Positions 46,360 to 56,094 of a DNA stretch of 64,000 nucleotides are shown here, one piece after another. The position numbers and the translations under genes are program-made. The stretch is taken from the NCBI GenBank assembly GCA_964504535.1, contig CAZDED010000008.1, forward strand, positions 12,673-76,672, given 5' to 3'. The notes below the pieces were generated by a model. That model was not told the origin of the DNA, searched no databases, and was given only the letters and a program-made list of their open reading frames with translations. Source of the DNA: an uncultured Gammaproteobacteria bacterium (lineage in GTDB: Bacteria; Patescibacteriota; Microgenomatia; Levybacterales; GWA1-39-11). The first letter of the stretch is position 1; the number at the start of each line of letters is the position of its first letter.

Positions 46360-47586
46360 TTAGCCTACGAAAGTAAGAGCAGTACCTTTTTTGTTGGCAC
46401 GACCGGTGCGTCCAATTCTGTGGATATAATCCTCATATGAGGCTGGCATATCATAATTTATAACGTGTGAGACATCGTCAATGTCAAGTCCTCGAGCAGC
46501 AACATCAGTTGCCAAAAGAATTGAGATTTCATTTCTCTTAAACATCGTAAGTGTTCTTTGCCTTTGGTTCTGATTCTTATTTCCATGGATTGCTCCAGCT
46601 CTAAATCCTCGTCTTACTAATTCATCGGATACTTTCTGGACTCCCCATTTCGTTCTTCCAAAAATAATCACTTTCTCATAGTTCTTCTGGATCAGAAGAT
46701 CATGCAGTTGATCAATCTTTTTATTTTGACTTTCTACTTTTATGACATCCTGTGAAATAGCGTCCACCGTGTCATGGGTCTTTACTGACACTGTAACTGG
46801 GTTTTTGACGAATGCAGCTAATATTTCCTTAACGCTACCATCAATTGTTGCAGAGAAGAAAAGCGACTGACGGTTGTGCGGAAGGAGGGATATGAAGAAT
46901 TTTACATCATGAATAAACCCAATATCAACCATATGATCTGCTTCATCAAGTACTACACTGTCAAATTGATCAAGACGTAGCTGTTTCTCCTTGATCATAT
47001 CCTTAACACGTCCCGGAGTTCCAATAACAAAATTAAATTCTCGTCTTAGATCCTGTTTTTGTCTAAAACTCTTAACTCCACCAATAAGAAGCACTGAATA
47101 CATATTCATTCCGCGACTAAATTCTTCAAATTCATCGCGTATCTGAACAGCAAGCTCTCTTGTTGGGGCAAGTATAATTACTTTTTTACTTCTATTTTTA
47201 AGAACTTTATCAATTAAGGGAATAAGAAAAGCTGCAGTCTTTCCCGTACCTGTATTTGCGATTCCAATAACATCTCTTCCCTCAAGCATTGCAGGTATTG
47301 CTTGGTCTTGAATCGGAGTTGGGGTAATGTAGTTTTTTGCATTAATGTTTTGTTTTAACCTTACGTCAAGCGCAAAATCAGCAAATTGATGGGTTGGTAC
47401 GAATACTTCCTGGGGCACAAACTCTTTAGCTTCAGATACGAGATGGGAGGGGTTAAATGTGGACATCTTGCGACCATTGCTTTGTCCGAATTGAGGACGA
47501 GGACCATTGTTCCTTCCACCAGAATATCCGCCTCTGCCAGAGTTGTTGTTACTATTCCTTTGTTTTTTGTAGTATGGTCTATTCAT
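46360..47586 (-). CDS. DEAD-box RNA helicase
   Basis: PTPIQ, TGTGKT, PTRELA, TPGR, DEAD, SAT and HRIGRTGR. Confidence 0.97.
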   Translation of the reverse strand: MNRPYYKKQRNSNNNSGRGGYSGGRNNGPRPQFGQSNGRKMSTFNPSHLVSEAKEFVPQEVFVPTHQFADFALDVRLKQNINAKNYITPTPIQDQAIPAMLEGRDVIGIANTGTGKTAAFLIPLIDKVLKNRSKKVIILAPTRELAVQIRDEFEEFSRGMNMYSVLLIGGVKSFRQKQDLRREFNFVIGTPGRVKDMIKEKQLRLDQFDSVVLDEADHMVDIGFIHDVKFFISLLPHNRQSLFFSATIDGSVKEILAAFVKNPVTVSVKTHDTVDAISQDVIKVESQNKKIDQLHDLLIQKNYEKVIIFGRTKWGVQKVSDELVRRGFRAGAIHGNKNQNQRQRTLTMFKRNEISILLATDVAARGLDIDDVSHVINYDMPASYEDYIHRIGRTGRANKKGTALTFVG

Positions 47587-47790
47587 ATATTTTTATTTAA
47601 GAACATGCAGGGAAATATGTAAATAAAACGTGCTTTTCCCTAAAAAACATGTTCCTAAATATTGTTGAAATGTTGGGCAAGATGAGGAAAAAAAATCTTT
47701 ATTGAAGTCTATCCTCCAGGTTTGACAAATTCAAACCAGTAATGCTTACAAAACTTTATTAATTATACACTATTAGGTCCCAATAAGCAA
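47587..47790 (-). promoter_or_regulatory. Promoter plus long structured 5' leader of the helicase gene
   Basis: TTGCTT-N17-TATAAT. Stems GGTTTGA/TCAAACC and TATTTAGGAACATG/CATGTTCTTAAATA. Confidence 0.6.
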
Positions 47791-47801
47791 AAAACTATAG
47801 G

Positions 47802-48560
47802 TTAAGAAGAATATGGCTTCTCGTTTGATGGCGTAGGATTAGGCTGCTTGTCATATTTATTTGTATCTGGATCTGTTGCAATCGAATAGATCATATAGAT
47901 AAGCCCAACAGCCAGTGCAATAATCTTTATTACCTTATGATTCCAAGATATTTTGTAGCTGGGAAGAGTATCAGATATTCCAGCAAAAAATAAATTCATA
48001 GCAAACCCTAACCTTAAACCATCCACTATCAACTCGTGAGTGCTTTCAGGAAAATAGCCTTTAAAAAATACTGAAAAGGAAGACATTACTGACAGGAAGA
48101 AGTAGCCGTAATATACTATGCCAAACCAAAGCATGAAGGGAATCATCATGACGAACCTTACAACTATTCCAAGAATTGGAAATGCATATAATCTGTTGGG
48201 GGTTGTAGGGAAGGGTATTGTTATTGAAAAATTGTCATTTATTTTTGGGCTAAAACCAGGGTGCTTGTTTGACACTCCCAGAAAATAGAGAGATGTTTTA
48301 AGAGAGTACTTATTATAAAAATCACATACCTCAAACGAAAATCTCCAGTACCTCCCTGTAAAAAGGACTACAAATACATTTATGAGTACGGTAACTTGCC
48401 AAATGAAACTTAGCACGGAAAGAATAAGGACTGCTGGAATCAAAAGAATTACCTTTATCAAACCCCCCAATAAGGGGAACGCAAAAAACCGAGATGGTCG
48501 CATATTACGGGGTACAACAAGCGTAGGATAAATTCTTTTTGAGCCAGAGGGAAACTCCAT
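47802..48560 (-). CDS. DUF4389-like membrane protein with internal duplication
   Basis: Two repeats, RFFAFPLLG..K.ILLIP and RLYAFPILG..R.VMMIP. Confidence 0.7.
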   Translation of the reverse strand: MEFPSGSKRIYPTLVVPRNMRPSRFFAFPLLGGLIKVILLIPAVLILSVLSFIWQVTVLINVFVVLFTGRYWRFSFEVCDFYNKYSLKTSLYFLGVSNKHPGFSPKINDNFSITIPFPTTPNRLYAFPILGIVVRFVMMIPFMLWFGIVYYGYFFLSVMSSFSVFFKGYFPESTHELIVDGLRLGFAMNLFFAGISDTLPSYKISWNHKVIKIIALAVGLIYMIYSIATDPDTNKYDKQPNPTPSNEKPYSS

Positions 48561-48564
48561 ATTC

Positions 48565-49719
48565 TTACTGTATCACAAATCCTAACGTTTTCATGATTTT
48601 TTTGACAGTTGAGGAATTTTTTGGATCTGGAGCTGCATTCTTTAGCATTGATAGTACATCTGGTGTGTTAAAGTCGTCATTCATATGCATCTCAAATTCC
48701 TCGAGTAACTTTAGGTTTTCATCAAAATTTAAATTTGATTCGGTCACTTTTAGGAGATTATCCACGTCAGTTTGAGAATCTCCGATCATATGATCAAAAT
48801 ATTCCCACTCGTACCGGTAATGATGCGACAAAAGCATCCACCGGACAGCATTTTGTGAATTCTTGAAAAGAAGATCTCCTACTAAGATTAGATTGCCCAA
48901 CGACTTCGACATTTTTTCGTTTTTATAACGTAGCATTCCAGCATGCATCCAGTATCCGACGAAGGGGCTTTTTCCAGTAAAAGACTCACTTTGGGCAATC
49001 TCTGATTCATGATGCGGATAAATTAGGTCAAATCCACCTCCGTGGATATCTATCTGTAATCCTAATGTCTTGTGGATCATAGCCGAGCACTCAATGTGCC
49101 ACCCTGGCCGACCTTTACTCCAGGGGCTATCCCATAAAGGTTCATCAGCAAATGACTTCTGCCAAAGAACAAAATCTAACTTGTTCCTTTTGTTGGGGTC
49201 GTCGGGATCTGCACCTCTCTCCTTTGAAAGGACTACCATCTCATCATTTGAATATGAAGAAAGGTTCCCATATTTTCCAAATTTTGTTACATCAAAATAT
49301 ACTGTGCCCTCAACATCATAAGCAAATCCATGTGTCTGAAGATGCGATATGATCTCAATAATCTCAGTTATCGAATCCGTTGCCTTGATGTAATTTGTGG
49401 GACTAGAAATATTTAAAGCAATCAGGTCGTTGAGAAATTTTTTGGTCCACATTTCCCCAAGTTGCCTCCAATCAATATTATCTTTTCTGGCACGAGCTAG
49501 AAGATCATCATCAATGTCAGTTACATTTTGCGTGTAGTCCACATCATACTTCAGATATTCGAAGTAACGTTTTACCACATCAAAGAACATATATAAGAAT
49601 GCGTGTCCAAGATGGGTAGTGTCGTATGGAGTAATCCCACATACATATAAAGAAACTTTTTTGCTACTGAGTGGGGTGAAAGTCTTTTTTTGTTTTTCTA
49701 AGGAAGAATATATCTGCAC
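48565..49719 (-). CDS. Cysteine ligase, CysRS/MshC-like, short and lacking the anticodon-binding domain
   Basis: CGITPYDTTHLGH, GRPGWHIECS, HHESE, KMSKS and DDFNTP. Only 384 aa. Confidence 0.88.
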   Translation of the reverse strand: MQIYSSLEKQKKTFTPLSSKKVSLYVCGITPYDTTHLGHAFLYMFFDVVKRYFEYLKYDVDYTQNVTDIDDDLLARARKDNIDWRQLGEMWTKKFLNDLIALNISSPTNYIKATDSITEIIEIISHLQTHGFAYDVEGTVYFDVTKFGKYGNLSSYSNDEMVVLSKERGADPDDPNKRNKLDFVLWQKSFADEPLWDSPWSKGRPGWHIECSAMIHKTLGLQIDIHGGGFDLIYPHHESEIAQSESFTGKSPFVGYWMHAGMLRYKNEKMSKSLGNLILVGDLLFKNSQNAVRWMLLSHHYRYEWEYFDHMIGDSQTDVDNLLKVTESNLNFDENLKLLEEFEMHMNDDFNTPDVLSMLKNAAPDPKNSSTVKKIMKTLGFVIQ

Positions 49720-49738
49720 AGATATCTATTTTAGCATG

Positions 49739-50077
49739 TCAGTATCCTAACTGTTGTATGTTTATTTGCTGGTTCAACGTTTTGTTAACGGTATTGATGA
49801 ATCCAACCGTTGCCCAAATCGTAATAATGGTAGCAAGTATCGTCAGAAAGACCGCCACAAGACCAACGTGTCTTGCTTTATCATTTGGATTTCTAAGTAG
49901 TTTAATTCCAGGAAATAGTCCAAGGGGTGGTAGAAAAAAACTCAAGAGGTAAATGCCAATCTGTTTTCCTGTTGAAATCTCGAAAGGTACGTCTTTTAAT
50001 TTTGCCCCACAGTGAGGACAAAAAATGTAACCCTCAACAATACCGAACTTACAGACTGGACAGAATTGCTGCTCCAT
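49739..50077 (-). CDS. Double zinc-ribbon membrane protein
   Basis: CPVC...CPHCG followed by two TM helices. Confidence 0.8.
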   Translation of the reverse strand: MEQQFCPVCKFGIVEGYIFCPHCGAKLKDVPFEISTGKQIGIYLLSFFLPPLGLFPGIKLLRNPNDKARHVGLVAVFLTILATIITIWATVGFINTVNKTLNQQINIQQLGY

Positions 50078-50096
50078 ACAACAAGCATCTCACAGA

Positions 50097-51104
50097 TCAA
50101 ACAGGAAATTCAACGGTGAACACAGATCCCTTATTGCTACTTTTGACAGAGATGCTTCCCCCGTGCCTTTGCGTGATCTCCCGTGCTATCGATAGACCAA
50201 GCCCATAGCCTGGAACTGAAAGGGAATTTCTGGATTTATCTATCCTATAAAATCTATTGAATATTTTTTCTGCCTCTCCCGAACTTATTCCGATTCCCTG
50301 GTCTGAAACTTTTACATACATACTCTCATCCAAAATCCTTGACGTTATTTTTACTTTTCTATCTTCATAACTGTATTTGATAGCATTATCAAGAAGAATT
50401 GTAAAAAGTCTCATCAAGCTCTGTTCGTTACCGGAAATCTTCATATTTACGGTTCGATTAACAATTGTTATATTCTTTTCTTTTGCCATTGGCTCAACGT
50501 TTTTAATCGCCTGTGATAGAACATCTGAAAGTAATACGTCCTCAAAGGTAGCCCTCAAGGCAGTACTTTCAAATGTTGTTAATTCCATCAAGCTATTAGT
50601 AAGACTTTGAAGCCGTGCAACTTCCTCCAGATTACTTTTAAGAATCTCTTTCGCTTCTTTTAATGTTGCTTTTTTGGATCTTAAAAAAACCTCAATCTCA
50701 GAGCGGAGAGAAGTAAGCGGAGTTTTTAGCTCGTGTGAGGCATCACCCACAAATCGAGATTGATCATCAAGCATCTCCTTGATTGGCTTGAGTGTCCTAC
50801 CGGCTAGAAAATATCCGGCAACCCCTGATCCGGCAAGAATGCAGGCGTTAAGAACGATAAGGCTCGCTATAAGCCGTGCTCTGGCTTCCCGTATCAGCTG
50901 CATGTCAACAGCAAGACTCATTGGGGGAAGCTTCAATTCACCAAAATCCTCCTTCATCCTTTCTTGCCGAATTTCTTGAAAATTTGCGAATCTTTCTAGC
51001 TCACGATTGACATCGATATAAATAACGACGCTAAAAACCATACTAATAAAGACAATGATGAGAAGATACCAAGCAGTTAATTTAAGACGAGTAGAGTGAA
51101 ACAT
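50097..51104 (-). CDS. Sensor histidine kinase
   Basis: DASHELKTPL, LLDNAIKY, DQGIG, GYGLGL and two TMs. Confidence 0.95.
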   Translation of the reverse strand: MFHSTRLKLTAWYLLIIVFISMVFSVVIYIDVNRELERFANFQEIRQERMKEDFGELKLPPMSLAVDMQLIREARARLIASLIVLNACILAGSGVAGYFLAGRTLKPIKEMLDDQSRFVGDASHELKTPLTSLRSEIEVFLRSKKATLKEAKEILKSNLEEVARLQSLTNSLMELTTFESTALRATFEDVLLSDVLSQAIKNVEPMAKEKNITIVNRTVNMKISGNEQSLMRLFTILLDNAIKYSYEDRKVKITSRILDESMYVKVSDQGIGISSGEAEKIFNRFYRIDKSRNSLSVPGYGLGLSIAREITQRHGGSISVKSSNKGSVFTVEFPV

Positions 51105-51109
51105 ATGTC

Positions 51110-51137
51110 AGTTATTAGTCATTAGTTATTAGTTAAA
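51110..51137 (-). repeat. Heptamer tandem repeat (same family as 4241/4860)
   Basis: AGTTATT AGTCATT AGTTATT AGTTAAA on the plus strand. Confidence 0.6.
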
Positions 51138-51153
51138 TTTAAAGTTATTAAAG

Positions 51154-51825
51154 CTACTCGATCTTATAGCCGAAGCCCCTGATGGTAGTAATGAGATTTT
51201 TGCCTGAGGTAAAAGGTTTATCAATTTTATTCCTGAGATGAGTAATATAAACTTCAACAGAATTGGGAAGAACATCTGCATCATAGCTCCAAACATGATT
51301 GATGATCTGGTCTTTTTTGATGATAGTTCCTTTGTGACGCATCAGGTACTCCAAAAGAGCAAACTCCTTATTGGAGAGAGGAATAACAACGCCGCTTCTT
51401 TCGACTTTATAGGTTACAGGGTTAAGTATCAGGTCACCAACCTGCAAATGGGATCCGAGTGAGGCCTTTGGCCTTCTGACTAATGCCCTTATCCGAGCAA
51501 GCAGTTCTATGAAAGCGAATGGTTTTGGAAGATAGTCATCGGCCCCACTATTGAGACCCTCAACGCGCTCTGAAATTTCTCCACGCGCGGTTAACATGAG
51601 TATTGGTGTGTGAATGGAAGCAGAACGCAGTCTCTTACATATAGTAAGACCGTCAAGTCCCGGAAGAAGCCTATCAAGAACTATTGCGTCATATTCCTCA
51701 GTTGATGCGTAATCAAAGCCAGTAATTCCATCGTAAGCAACATCTACTGCATATGATTCCTGCTCAAGTCCTTTTTTTATGGAATTTGCTATCTTGTGTT
51801 CATCCTCAATAAGAAGTATCCGCAT
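51154..51825 (-). CDS. OmpR/PhoB family response regulator
   Basis: LIEDE, VLDRLLPG, GADDYLPKPF, winged helix and TIRGFGY. Confidence 0.96.
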   Translation of the reverse strand: MRILLIEDEHKIANSIKKGLEQESYAVDVAYDGITGFDYASTEEYDAIVLDRLLPGLDGLTICKRLRSASIHTPILMLTARGEISERVEGLNSGADDYLPKPFAFIELLARIRALVRRPKASLGSHLQVGDLILNPVTYKVERSGVVIPLSNKEFALLEYLMRHKGTIIKKDQIINHVWSYDADVLPNSVEVYITHLRNKIDKPFTSGKNLITTIRGFGYKIE

Positions 51826-51882
51826 AGAGGCATTATAACCTCACATTGCTTAAATTTCACTGAATAAATTGGAGTTAAAAGC

Positions 51883-52305
51883 TCACAATCCATGTATCAT
51901 AGAGCCATTATTATCGATGAAGGACTTAGTTGAATCGGTAAGATTAAGCTCTGCTAGTTCTTTTATAGCAAAAAACTGAAGAGTCTCTCCATTTACCCGG
52001 TGCATACTATTAACATTGTCGTCGTTAAGAGAGGCGTGGAAAAAATGCTTATTGTAAGCATCTGTACCAGCATCCAAAAGAAGGGTTGCTCCATCAAGTT
52101 TTATTCCTGTCTCTCTTGCGACTTTTGCGATAATAGATGATTTTAAGGTTTTATTTTTTTCGCGTGACACACTTAGAAAACTCCAAACATTCTTTTTTGA
52201 ATTCGATTGAATACTAAGAGCAAGGGGATCTGTGTTGTGCAACCTTAGTAGAACTTTATTTTTGTAGGTAAGTATTATGAGACTTAAGTCGTTTTTGTTG
52301 GTCAC
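51883..52305 (-). CDS. Degenerate NUDIX-fold protein
   Basis: KVLLRL, W, and ARETGI (eroded Nudix box). Confidence 0.55.
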   Translation of the reverse strand: MTNKNDLSLIILTYKNKVLLRLHNTDPLALSIQSNSKKNVWSFLSVSREKNKTLKSSIIAKVARETGIKLDGATLLLDAGTDAYNKHFFHASLNDDNVNSMHRVNGETLQFFAIKELAELNLTDSTKSFIDNNGSMIHGL

Positions 52306-52328
52306 ACTCTATTTTACCACGAAAGATC

Positions 52329-53291
52329 CTATTTTTGAACTTGAGTAATGATATTTTTAAGATTTTCGAGGCTATTTTCATCATATATTGATATCGCAAA
52401 GACCTTCTTATTAAGCTTTTTTAGTTCTTTAATTTTTGAATCAACGACTCTCTTGTCGACAAGATCAATTTTAGTAAGAAGAATAACCTCTTCTTTCTCA
52501 AGTAGACTTTTATCAAATTCCCCAAATTCATCACGAACAGTGTTGTATATTTCAGCAACGTCTTCTTGTGCAACATCTATGCAGTGCAATAGTACTTTTG
52601 TTTTTTTAATATGTTTTAGGAATTGTATTCCAAGTCCTTTCCCTTTAGAAGCGCCTTCAATAAGTCCGGGGATATCTGCCAAAATAATATTTCCCAGTGC
52701 TCCAAGGTTTGGCTCAAGTGTTGTAAATGGGTAATTGCCGATTTTAGGAACGGCATTTGTAAGCGCTTTTAGCAGTGAACTTTTCCCTGCATTCGGAAGA
52801 CCAACGAGTCCAATATCTGCGATGAGGTTGAGAACCAAGTGGAGCTTCCGTTCTTCGCCTTTTTCTCCTTCAAATTTGCGACTTTCAAATTTTTTAAGCT
52901 CCGGCTTATAATCATGATTTCCCATTCCGCCTTCACCACCATGCGCAACAGCGAAGGGGAGATCGGTCAATATTTCAACCCATTCTCCTGTATCTTCGTC
53001 ACGTACAGTTGTCCCAAAAGGAACCAAAACTGTCACATCTTCACCCTTAGCTCCATCAAGATCTTTATTGAGCCCATTAACTCCATTTTCTGCCCTAATT
53101 TTTTTCATAAATTGGAACTGTGAAAGGTCAGAAACGTTAGTATCGCCTTTAAAATAGACATTTCCACCCCATCCTCCGTTACCTCCATCCGGAGCTGTTT
53201 TTTTACTGCCAAACATTTGTTTTTTTGCAGTTCCACCATTACCACCATCTCCAGCTTTAACGGTAATGTGGACGTCATCAATTAATGCCAT
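52329..53291 (-). CDS. obg: Obg/CgtA GTPase (no C-terminal OCT domain)
   Basis: AGDGGNG glycine-rich domain, GLPNAGKSS, YPFTTLEPNLG, DIPGLIEGA and TKID. Confidence 0.92.
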   Translation of the reverse strand: MALIDDVHITVKAGDGGNGGTAKKQMFGSKKTAPDGGNGGWGGNVYFKGDTNVSDLSQFQFMKKIRAENGVNGLNKDLDGAKGEDVTVLVPFGTTVRDEDTGEWVEILTDLPFAVAHGGEGGMGNHDYKPELKKFESRKFEGEKGEERKLHLVLNLIADIGLVGLPNAGKSSLLKALTNAVPKIGNYPFTTLEPNLGALGNIILADIPGLIEGASKGKGLGIQFLKHIKKTKVLLHCIDVAQEDVAEIYNTVRDEFGEFDKSLLEKEEVILLTKIDLVDKRVVDSKIKELKKLNKKVFAISIYDENSLENLKNIITQVQK

Positions 53292-53334
53292 ATCCTATAT
53301 TATAGCATTTTCTTAAAAAGTGATCACCCCATGC

Positions 53335-53386
53335 GTGTAGACTCATTCCACCCCGCGGGTGGAAATAGGCTACACCTCGTACCTAT
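53335..53386. repeat. REP-like hairpin, copy 1 of a 52-bp perfect direct repeat
   Basis: GTGTAGACTCATTCCACCCCGCGGGTGGAAATAGGCTACACCTCGTACCTAT. Confidence 0.93.
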
Positions 53387-54054
53387 TCGCAAATAAGGCT
53401 TTTTATTAAATGCAGCTCGCGCGCATAAGAAACGTGATCTTCTACAAATTTTTCGTAAGATTTGTCTCTTAAGAACATAGAATTAATAAGTTCGGTCGAA
53501 ACCATCGAATTAGGCTGTGGAGTAATATATTCGGTATATGAAGTCCATCTATATGATTTAAGCTTTGTGAGCTCGATTATGCTTGAAACAACCGGATTTA
53601 AATGAATATATCTAGAGACGTGAATTAGCTGTTCATCATTCTCTATAAAGACTGCCTTAAACCTCCCCTGGAAAATATGCCCATTTCGTTTATGCTTGGT
53701 GTTGTAATATTTTGCGTAGGCGTTGGAAAAATTTGAAATAAATTTTGCAATTCCATTTTCTTTTTCCTGCTGCAACAAGAAATGAAAATGATTTGGCATA
53801 ATTGCAAAGGCCAAAATTTTAATGGTTTGCTCTTGTTTCTTAATTTTTTCGAGAACATCAGATTGGAGCGCCGGAGAGAGTTGAAGCAAATGCGAAAGTC
53901 TCATAGGAAGTTCTTCAAATCTATAGAAATGTGACAACATTAATGCCCGCTCCCGTTCTGTATTGGTCGCAAAAATCTGTTTACCCTCAACTGCTCGATT
54001 AAAAATATGGTAAATATATCCGTTTTGAAATACAATTTTCCGTGGATTTGACAT
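53383..54054 (-). CDS. REP-associated tyrosine transposase (RAYT, Y1/HUH TnpA-like)
   Basis: YHIFNR, MPNHFHFL (HUH), GHIFQGRF, RYIHLNPV (catalytic Tyr) and YRWTSY. Confidence 0.93.
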   Translation of the reverse strand: MSNPRKIVFQNGYIYHIFNRAVEGKQIFATNTERERALMLSHFYRFEELPMRLSHLLQLSPALQSDVLEKIKKQEQTIKILAFAIMPNHFHFLLQQEKENGIAKFISNFSNAYAKYYNTKHKRNGHIFQGRFKAVFIENDEQLIHVSRYIHLNPVVSSIIELTKLKSYRWTSYTEYITPQPNSMVSTELINSMFLRDKSYEKFVEDHVSYARELHLIKSLICE

Positions 54055-54085
54055 ATATTAAGCATAGCAAAACACTTTCCTGCAT

Positions 54086-54137
54086 GTGTAGACTCATTCC
54101 ACCCCGCGGGTGGAAATAGGCTACACCTCGTACCTAT
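54086..54137. repeat. REP-like hairpin, copy 2 of a 52-bp perfect direct repeat
   Basis: Identical to 53335-53386. Confidence 0.93.
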
Positions 54138-54178
54138 ATTTTTTATTAAATTAGAAATGAAAGTGATAAACTTTATCT

Positions 54179-54490
54179 ATGGTTACTCTAAAAGTGAAAT
54201 ACCTAAGAACTTTTATGCAAGCGTCTGTGGGGCTTTTACCAGCCGCAAAGGCCTATCCGGTTTTTTTTAAGACAAGATTTGGAATACACACATTTTTTAT
54301 GAAATTTCCGATAGATATTTTAATCTTAGACAAGAATAATAGAGTAGTGTCACTCAAGAATAACTTAAAACCCTTCAGAATATTGGTTTGGAATCCACGA
54401 TACAATGAAGTTATCGAGCTACCGGAAGGGACAATAAACAGTCGAGGCATAAGAATCAAAGATATGGTCAAACTGGAAATACAGGGTTAA
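54179..54490 (+). CDS. DUF192 family protein
   Basis: GIHTFFMKFPIDILILD...VIELPEG. Confidence 0.88.
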   Translation: MVTLKVKYLRTFMQASVGLLPAAKAYPVFFKTRFGIHTFFMKFPIDILILDKNNRVVSLKNNLKPFRILVWNPRYNEVIELPEGTINSRGIRIKDMVKLEIQG

Positions 54491-54508
54491 TACTTGTAGT
54501 ATAGTACA

Positions 54509-54892
54509 ATGAATACTTTAACTCAGGAACAAGAAGATGTGATAGTTTACAAGAGCACAGAGCGTCCTTTTACTGGGGAGTACGATGATTTTTTTAAAGA
54601 CGGGGTTTTTGTATGCCGTAGGTGTAATGCACCTCTTTTTTCATCAAAAAGTAAATTTGATGCTGGATGTGGATGGCCTGCCTTTGATGAAAATTTTCCA
54701 GACGCTGTCAAAAGAATACCGGATGAGGACGGTCAAAGAACTGAAATACGGTGCAGTAATTGCGATGCCCATTTGGGACACGTTTTTGAGGGTGAAGAAT
54801 TGACTGAAAAAGACACGAGACATTGCGTTAATTCATTATCAATCCGTTTTTATCCTATTGAAGAAAAGCTACCACCTGTACTGCATGACTAG
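54509..54892 (+). CDS. msrB: Peptide-methionine (R)-S-oxide reductase
   Basis: TERPFTG, CRRC, GCGWPAF, HLGHVF and RHCVNS. Confidence 0.96.
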   Translation: MNTLTQEQEDVIVYKSTERPFTGEYDDFFKDGVFVCRRCNAPLFSSKSKFDAGCGWPAFDENFPDAVKRIPDEDGQRTEIRCSNCDAHLGHVFEGEELTEKDTRHCVNSLSIRFYPIEEKLPPVLHD

Positions 54893-56093
54893 ATTTAAGA
54901 AAATTTGGAAAATAACAGTTTTAGTAATTGTTGCCATTTTACTATTGTTTGCTGGGTATGATTTTGTAAAAAGCATTTTTGACAAAAGCCCCCTAGAGTA
55001 CAGCAGCCCTCAAAACGTTATAACTGAAGAAAATCCAATTTCGCAAGGAGAAACACCCTTAATCCCATTTTCCTTACCTGATGGGTATACGATTCATACA
55101 TTCGCAAAAAATTTAGATACCCCTAGAACCCTTCTATTTACCCCCGAAGGTACGCTTCTAGTTTCAAATCCAGCAGATAATAAAGTTACTGCTTTGCCTG
55201 ATAATAACAATGACGGCGTAGCTGATGAAAACAAAACTATAATAACTTCAGAAAATCACGTTCACGGACTTGCTATGTTCAATGGTGAATTGTTTGTAGC
55301 AAACGTTGATAGCGTCGTAAAGTATGGCTGGGACGAAGCACGACTCACAGCAACGCGCGGTCCTGTACTGTTCTCGCTCCCACAAAATAGTAATCACAAT
55401 AATAGGAGTATCGTTTTTGACAAAGAGGGAAGTATGTTTGTTTCACTTGGTTCAACTTGTAATGTTTGCATAGAACCACCTACAAGGGGCGGGTCTATTT
55501 TAGAATCAGATTTTTCAGGCAGAACTCCTACAGTATTTGCAACAGGTCTTCGTAATGCAGCATTTCTGGCAATAAACCCTGCTTCTAACGAATTGTGGGC
55601 AACTGAAATGGGTCGTGACAATTTAGGAGACAATGTGCCTGCAGATGAGATAAACATCATAAAAGCAATGTCTGATTATGGTTGGCCTAAATGTTATGGC
55701 AATAAGATCCATGACACGAATTTCGATAAGTCGAAATCTGATCCCTGCTCAAAAACAACATCACCAATTTTTGAAATTCCTGCGCACTCAGCACCATTGG
55801 GAATTGTATTTATAAATTCTGACCAGTTCCCTAAAGAGTGGCAAGGAGACCTTCTTGTTGCCCTTCATGGATCTTGGAACCGATCAACAGCAATTGGTTA
55901 TAAAATTGTTCATTTAAAAGTTAACGGGGACAAGATTACCGGATCTGAGGATTTTCTAACAGGATTTAACCCGGGAATTTTCAAAGACACAAGTCTTGGC
56001 CGGCCGGTGAGTCTTGCATTTGATGCGAAGGGAAATCTTTTTATTTCCGATGATAAGAGTGGACAGGTCTATATAGTGCAAAAGAAAAAATAA
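54885..56093 (+). CDS. PQQ-dependent sugar/sorbosone dehydrogenase-like beta-propeller
   Basis: GSTCNVC, ATGLRN, DYGWP, AHSAPLG, HGSWNRS, GRPV and an N-terminal TM. Confidence 0.88.
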   Translation: MTRFKKIWKITVLVIVAILLLFAGYDFVKSIFDKSPLEYSSPQNVITEENPISQGETPLIPFSLPDGYTIHTFAKNLDTPRTLLFTPEGTLLVSNPADNKVTALPDNNNDGVADENKTIITSENHVHGLAMFNGELFVANVDSVVKYGWDEARLTATRGPVLFSLPQNSNHNNRSIVFDKEGSMFVSLGSTCNVCIEPPTRGGSILESDFSGRTPTVFATGLRNAAFLAINPASNELWATEMGRDNLGDNVPADEINIIKAMSDYGWPKCYGNKIHDTNFDKSKSDPCSKTTSPIFEIPAHSAPLGIVFINSDQFPKEWQGDLLVALHGSWNRSTAIGYKIVHLKVNGDKITGSEDFLTGFNPGIFKDTSLGRPVSLAFDAKGNLFISDDKSGQVYIVQKKK

Positions 56094-56094
56094 T

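Larger units (their letters stand above)
53335..54137 (-). mobile_element. RAYT cassette bounded by hairpin direct repeats
   Basis: Y1 transposase gene lies exactly between two identical 52-bp palindromic repeats. Confidence 0.7.

Noticed and set aside
52329-53291. Obg as a pseudogene because it is short
   Set aside because: All G motifs are intact, and lack of the C-terminal domain is common.
53335-54137. CRISPR array
   Set aside because: Only two repeats, 52 bp long, separated by a whole transposase gene, and no cas genes.
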